From the human T2T-CHM13v2.0 reference genome, Homo sapiens, in the NCBI RefSeq assembly GCF_009914755.1, contig NC_060941.1: a DNA stretch of 64,000 nucleotides. One strand, written 5' to 3'. The notes beneath the pieces were generated by a model. It saw only the letters and a list, made by a program, of their open reading frames with translations. It searched no databases and was not told where the DNA came from. Every line of letters starts with the position of its first letter. Position 1 is the stretch's first letter. Both the position numbers and the translations under genes were made by a program. Positions 56,994 through 64,000 of the stretch are shown piece after piece.

Positions 56994-57336
56994 CAGAAGT
57001 CGCCAGCCCCCAGGCCATGGACCAATACCATGTTATGAACCAGGTCCCACAGCAGGAGGTGAGTAGCGGGCAAGCGAGCATTGCTCCCTGACCTCCACCT
57101 CCTGTCAGATCAGTGGTGGCATTAGATTCTCATAGGAACATGAATCCTATTGTGTACTGCACATGTGAGGGATCTAGCTTGTGTGCTCCTTATAAGAATC
57201 TAATGCCTGGTGATCTGAGGTAGAACAGTTTCATCCAGAAACCATCCCACACCTCACACCCTGCCCATACTGGGTCCATGGAAAAACTGTCTTCCACAAA
57301 ACCGGTTCCTGGCACCAAAAAGGTTGGGGACTGCTG
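56994..57336 (+). mobile_element. MER1B
   Basis: CAGCAGGAGGTGAG...GGCATTAGATTCTCATAGGA...AAAAAGGTTGGGGACTGCTG; perfect TSD GCATAGAG. Confidence 0.92.
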
Positions 57337-57825
57337 GCATAGAGGTTGCTGGGAATGATGGCTCTAGACAGGTCCACTCTGAGTTAGTATCATGACCCTT
57401 CTCCTTCCTTCTTTGAGACTTTGGACAATTAAATTCAACTCTCTGAGCCTTCAGTGACTCCTGTATAAAATATGGATTCGAATTTCAACTTCAAGATCTG
57501 CTGTGTACATTATAGAACTGAATATGTGTAAACATTTGACATACTAAGAACTTGAAAGGAGGTATTTTCCCACCCTTCACCCGCACACCCTCCACATCCC
57601 CAGGACGTAGCCCCAAAGTACCTTTTGTGCTTCTGCAGATGCTGTTTCTTCCCCTTCGGATTTGAGTCCCTCTCCCCTTCCCACCTGCTGATGACTCCTT
57701 TAAAATTCAGCTCCAATGTCAGCTCTGATACATTCACAGTGGCACAGAAGAGTTGAGTACCCTTTGTGGTTCTCACACACTTTGCTTACATCTCTCTTAG
57801 CATATTTGACTACCTCTTCTTCTAG

Positions 57826-57988
57826 GTCAAGTTAGCAAACTTTCTGTTAAGGGCCAGCAAGTAAACATTTTAGGTTTTCAGGGTACACAGTCTGTGTCAC
57901 AACTATTCAACTCAGCACTGGAGGTGAAAGCAGCCATAAACAGGAAATACATGGGTGTGGCTGTGTTTCAATAAAGTTTTATTTACAA
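57826..57988 (-). mobile_element. MER58A fragment
   Basis: GCAAACTTTCTGTTAAGGGCCAG...CAACTATTCAACTC...AAAGCAGCCATA...CAATAAA.TTTTATTTACAA. Confidence 0.8.
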
Positions 57989-58314
57989 TGCCACCATCTG
58001 GCTTTGTAAATGAAAGTCTGTCTTATTAACTTTTGTAACTCCAGCCTCTTGTACAGTACCTGGTACATCCTAGATACGATTTAAATGATTAAGAGAGCAA
58101 TAGATCCACACTGATCATCATACCAGTATTAATAAAACACATAACTGTAAAATATTTTGAGAGTATGAGAATAAGGAGCTGACTAAAGGAATAAAAACCA
58201 CCCCTGATGCTAATTCAATAATTAAAGAATCATTATACACTTTCTTCTCTGGAGTAGAAAACCTTTCTTCTCTTTTCTTCTCTTGAGCTGTGAGTCAAGG
58301 TTTAGATGTAGATG

Positions 58315-58504
58315 TGGCATTGCCAGAGAAAATACAGGATGCCTGAGTCTTACTATAAGAGAAATAATTGATATGGTTTTGGCATAAGTATGGCCCATGC
58401 AATCTTTGGGACATATTAAACCTAAAAAAATTATTGGTTGTTTATCTGAAATTCAAATTTAACTGAGTGTCTTTTACTTTTATTTGCTAAATCTGGCTAC
58501 CTTG
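58315..58504. mobile_element. MER53 (palindromic hAT MITE)
   Basis: TTGCCAGA.AAAATACAGGA...GTTGTTTATCTGAAATTCAAATTTAACTG...TATTTGCTAAATCTGGC. Confidence 0.85.
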
Positions 58505-60458
58505 TATAGGTGTAGAGTGGTTCTGTTTTCTTCTCTCCATCTTCTTCTTGCAGAAGAGGCGTTTGGCCCCAGAAAAGATGAGAACCAGTCTGACCTGCTC
58601 ATCCACCTTCCCGCCCCACCCCCCCAGGAAGAGGGCCCCGTGAAAACCACATGTCAGTTCTGTTGGAACTGGAAATTTAATTAACAAAATGCTAACATGT
58701 AATTTCAGAGGAGGAGGGAAAAAAGCGTTATCACCAAGTTAATAAGAGAACTATTTTAATTACGGCATTTAACAAGTTATGACCAGGCCACTGCATTCTC
58801 TAGGGAAGGATTCACATCATTCAAGAATCTTAGAGCAGGGAAGGGACGTAATGGAGCCGAGGTGGAAACACCAATACGCCAATATCCCGCATGTCTCTGA
58901 AAGCCATCTTTGAGTTCTCTGTCTCCGGCATTTAGAAGTCCCCAAGGAGCCGTGTTCTTTCTCTCCCATGACTCAGAGAAGAAAACTAGCTGTCCCCATC
59001 TGTCATGTAAAGTTCCAGCCAAACAGGACCTATGGAGACACATAAAACCCAAACCTGACATGCAGAGCTGGCCTTTGTCCCTACATCCTTTGGGGTGAAA
59101 TGGGTGGTTTTCTTTGGCACCACAGCTCCCTGTTTCTGGGCCTTCCTGCCTACTCATCAGTCCATGCTGACATCTCTGTCTCCTTCCCCCAGTGGACCAA
59201 ACAGCAGAATGGACAACAGACCTTGACACAGGGTCAGGGAAAAGAGACGGTGGCCACGCCTGAGAGTGATTGGGAGGCTGTGGCGAGTGGTGTCACGGGG
59301 TAGAAATAGCTCTGGTGGCAGAGTCAGATGGCCCTTTGCCTTTGCGAGCTAATCCCAAATCCTCCAGGGGCATCAGAGGGCCTGTTCTCAGTGACCAGGC
59401 AGTGGGCCCTATTCTTTTTCCCAACCTCAGGAGAATGAGGTTGGGCCTAGGGAGTAGAAGGAATGTGGCCCCACAGCATTAAACAAGCCAGGCCAGGATC
59501 AGGGGTGGCCTTGGCTTTCCCCATCCTGCTTCTCATGACTCCCAGGCATTTTGTTCCCAAACAGAATGGGGCTTCCAAAGGGGAAAGGGTGGGCAAAGAG
59601 CTGGAAACTCAGCCTGTGAAAGTGGCCATAGAGGAGTGGAAGGCACAGGGAGACTCTGCCAAAAAGGAGTCGGGGGAGGCACAGAAGCTGCCGCTAGGGA
59701 TTTGTCTTCCCCTTCCAGTCACCAAAGGAGACTCTCCAAACCCTAATCTGAGTGGACAGTGAGTTAAAGTAAGGAGCAAGGCCTGGCTTTTGGGTAGAGG
59801 AACCTCAGGCAATCACAGTGTCATTTGGGGAGGGAAGCGAAGAGAAGACGGAGAGAAACTACAAGTGATCTTAATGCAATATAGCTCAGTCCAACAAAAA
59901 TATGCCTCATTAAAATAGATTGAATAGACCAAACTGCCTACATGGTTTCCTATACTCTGGGCACTAAATTCTCACTGCAAAGACCACGTATAGTTTTCTC
60001 CATCCTTTTCTTTCCTTCTTCCTCTTCCTTTCTGGAACACATCAGGTCGAAAGCCATTAGTGTAGCTGTCCACACTGGAAGGCAGGGATGAGCCACAGTG
60101 ACCCAAGGTCGGGTGTCAGGCTCAAAGGGTGAGGAAGGTGTTTACACTTGGGGAAGGGCCCAGCATGGGTACTGGAGCCTGTGCAGGATGAAGAGGCATC
60201 CGAGTGGAGCAGAAGGTGACCACAGTGATGAGGGACTGGGTTATCTGCAGGGGGATTAACTAAATAAGTAAATGGACTAAAGATAACAAAAGACAAATTC
60301 CTCACTGTGGGGAAAGGAGTACCACCTGTAGGAAGGGAGAAAATGAGAATGAAACCCAGGTGCTGGACTGAAAATGAAGATAATGTAAATGTGAGCTTTT
60401 CAATACACATAGATAAATACAGAAATAAATATAGATGTAAATGTCAGTATGTGTATGT

Positions 60459-60460
<2 letters not shown>

Positions 60461-60494
<34 letters not shown>
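60461..60494 (+). repeat. (GT)n microsatellite
   Basis: About 17 GT units. Confidence 0.95.
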
Positions 60495-60496
<2 letters not shown>

Positions 60497-60737
60497 CATA
60501 CACTTCCACATAGGTCTATGCCCACGATTCTGCAGAGAGGGCCTGGGAGCGGCAACATCCCAACAGCAAACGAGCACACTTAGTTCCCAGATGTGTTTCC
60601 TATGTATTATTCTCCACTAAACGGAACCAAGGCTCCTTGGAGAAATGGCTGATTTCCGGGCTGGGGCAGGGAAAGTACAGGATGAACCTGGATCATTGTT
60701 CCATAAATCAAGGAGTTGCTCAGAAATGACAAGGACA

Positions 60738-61173
<436 letters not shown>

Positions 61174-63707
61174 TCAAGTCCACATATTGATGTAAATTAA
61201 TTGAAAATTTTATGAGAAACAGAACATTTTCATAGTCTCAAAATACTTCTCCACCAAAAGAAAAACGTTTACTAATGACACAGGGGAAAGGGATAACTTT
61301 ATGATGGAGGACTCAGACAGGCCCACCTGTGTACCATGTGCCAGAATCTAACAAGGACACAGCATCATGTAACATCCCTGCCAAAGATGCATCCCCTAAA
61401 TCTAATAATTAGGGATCATCAGACAAACTGAAATTGAGAGATATCCTAAGAATAGTTGGCCTACAGCCTTTAAAACTGTCAATGCCATGAAAGTCAAGGA
61501 AAGACTGAGAAACTGTTATGATTCAAATCAAACATGATGAATAAACGACAACTGGATCTTTTTGCTACAAAAGACATTATTGGAACAATGGGTGAAGGTG
61601 ATTGAGCTCTGAATATTAAGTGGCAATAAGTTATCAACGTTAACTTCCAGGTTGTGATGGCTGCATTATAGACATGTAGGATGGAGCTATGTTGCCTTGT
61701 AGAAAGCTATGCCATTTGTAGAATTACACAGGAATGTTTTTGCAGGGATGCAGTATCACATGGGCCACTCACTCTCAAATGGCTCATGAAAAAATTTCCT
61801 TGTACCATATTTGCGATTTTTATGGAAGTTTGAAGTTGTTTCAAAATAAAAACCTAAAAAATAAAAAAGACTTGGGTGGTGGACATGATGAAGATATCCA
61901 AATCCAGTAGTAACCAAGGGGGAACTGAATCTTGGAATTCTATCAAGACAAGAAGGTTGATTACAGTTGGCTGGACCCAAAGTTCAATTGAGAATTCCAG
62001 ACTCACTGTACAACTTCATGTCAATGAGGCGTGGAGGAGATATTGAAGGTTCCAAAGATGATGCCCTGCTTCTTCTCCCCCAAAAAGCTTGTGAAATTTG
62101 ATAATCAAAGAAGTGAAGCCACTTGTCTTGGTACTGGTTCAGTGCAGATGGGCTTTTGCTCCTGGGCACTATGCTTATGCCTTAAGTTTTACAGGTGATT
62201 CCTGGGGAAGACTTTGCTGCTTTGCTTCCCTCCAATGTGCTCATCCAAGCCAGGGTGCACCTGCGGGTGCTGTATCTCCCTGTCTCTGCTACCTGCATAC
62301 CACCTGCTACTCTCTGTGGAACCCAATGACCTTCAGCCCACTGGGCAATGACAAAGCCTGAGCAGGGAGAGTTTCTTTCTTCTGAGAGAATGAATTGAAA
62401 ATGCAGCTCTCATTTGTCCAATATTAACAGGACAATTGCTTCTCCTAGGAGCCGTTGCTTAGACACCTCTCAGGTCTTCCTATCTAATCACTTTATGCCA
62501 ACTACTTTGGGTCACCACAGAGAAAATAAAGGGGAGATCCAGTAGCTACTGGATGGAATGGCCCTTCCCAGGCAGCCAGCCCCATGTCAGGATACTGTGT
62601 TTGAGGAATAGATGTTGGGTTTCTGCAGCTCCATGAAATACAGATGTATACACACCAGAGTCACAAATACTCCTGAGTGTCTCACCTAAGCATATATGCA
62701 TCCAAATTACATTCTCCCCTGATGAATGGTTAATAAAGTTTCAGAACACACCCAGGCCTCCCCCTACCCCAACCCCAGTTTAGGTTGGAGAGACAGCAGA
62801 TCCCACAGAAAAAAGAAGGGGAAAATGCCCAGTGGACCAGTTCAAGTGTCTTTCTTCATAAAACTCTCCAGTAGAGGGAAGAATGCAAACTATGCTTCTT
62901 AAACCCTGGCCTGCCATGAGGCACAGCAGCAGGCAGATCAGCAAGATGCTCGGATCGTGTGACACGGCCCTGGCACCTGGCTCCATGTGGCACCCTGACA
63001 AATCAAACACCAAACTGCCAGGCCCATTCTCCGCCACCTGCACTGCTGGGAATCCAATGCTCATGTGAAATGCTTGAGTTTGTTTAGCAGTGGGGGAGAG
63101 CAACCCAAGGGTCCCAGCATATCTTATAGTTTAGCCCTCAGAAATAGGTGCTGCCACCAGCCTCATAAGGCATTGCCCTATCAAGGAGTATGATTCAGAT
63201 AATCCAACCAAGGGGCAGAAATGAAGCCCAGGCTCACACTGAGTGATAAGCTCTGTTAGGATGCTTCTGTGCATTTTTTTTTAAATTGGGAAAAAAAGAC
63301 TTTTAAAAACAAGGGCAAGAAATCTGAAGGTAGGTGGTTCCAGGCTGAATTAATTTATCAAATAGCAGCTCAAATGTGTCAGGGCTCTGTATCATGGTTC
63401 CTGAAATTCTCCTCACTTTTCCTAACGGCCGCTGTAGCTCCAAACATCAAATCCTGTATCCAGCGCCTATTGTCTGTTAATAGGTGTGCAAGGATGGGTC
63501 AAACAGATGGGACCCCCGCTTTGGTGCAGCTTACAGTCTACTGTTAGTCCAGAGGCTGCCCTGGAACCCTTCCATCCATCTACAGTGGCTCCAGCTTCTT
63601 TCATTTCTCTTGCATAAAGCAGTTTTGAACAAATCAATCTATACTCATATATTTTTTGACTCAGGGGTAGTTTTAAAGCTGGCACACCCATAATTTCTTT
63701 TCTCTGA

Positions 63708-64000
<293 letters not shown>

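Overview
Primate (human-like) non-coding genomic DNA. No protein-coding exon, CpG island, tRNA or rRNA gene can be supported. The long ORFs in the track come from Alu, L1, LTR or simple-repeat sequence, or are chance frames. Much of the window is interspersed repeat: about 24 Alus (J, S and Y types, most with readable TSDs), old L1MC/L1ME/L1MA pieces, one L1PA 3' end, L2/MIR remnants, MaLR/ERVL solo LTRs (THE1, MSTA, MLT1, MLT2, LTR33) and many hAT MITEs (MER5, MER20, MER58A, MER1B, MER53). Repeat-free islands rich in homeodomain-type motifs suggest an enhancer-containing gene desert or large intron; I could not identify the locus. Best leads: (1) two diverged paralogous copies of an unassigned ~150-bp element 6.2 kb apart (47/62 ungapped core identity), each also resembling a mini-intron; (2) an Alu carrying an apparent 42-nt 3' transduction inside its TSDs; (3) a tailless U1 snRNA retrocopy that creates a perfect 5' splice site; (4) a local 183-bp inverted duplication of an ancient L1 fragment (~89% identical). 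Repeat subfamily names were assigned by eye from remembered consensus motifs, and boundaries of old repeats are approximate.
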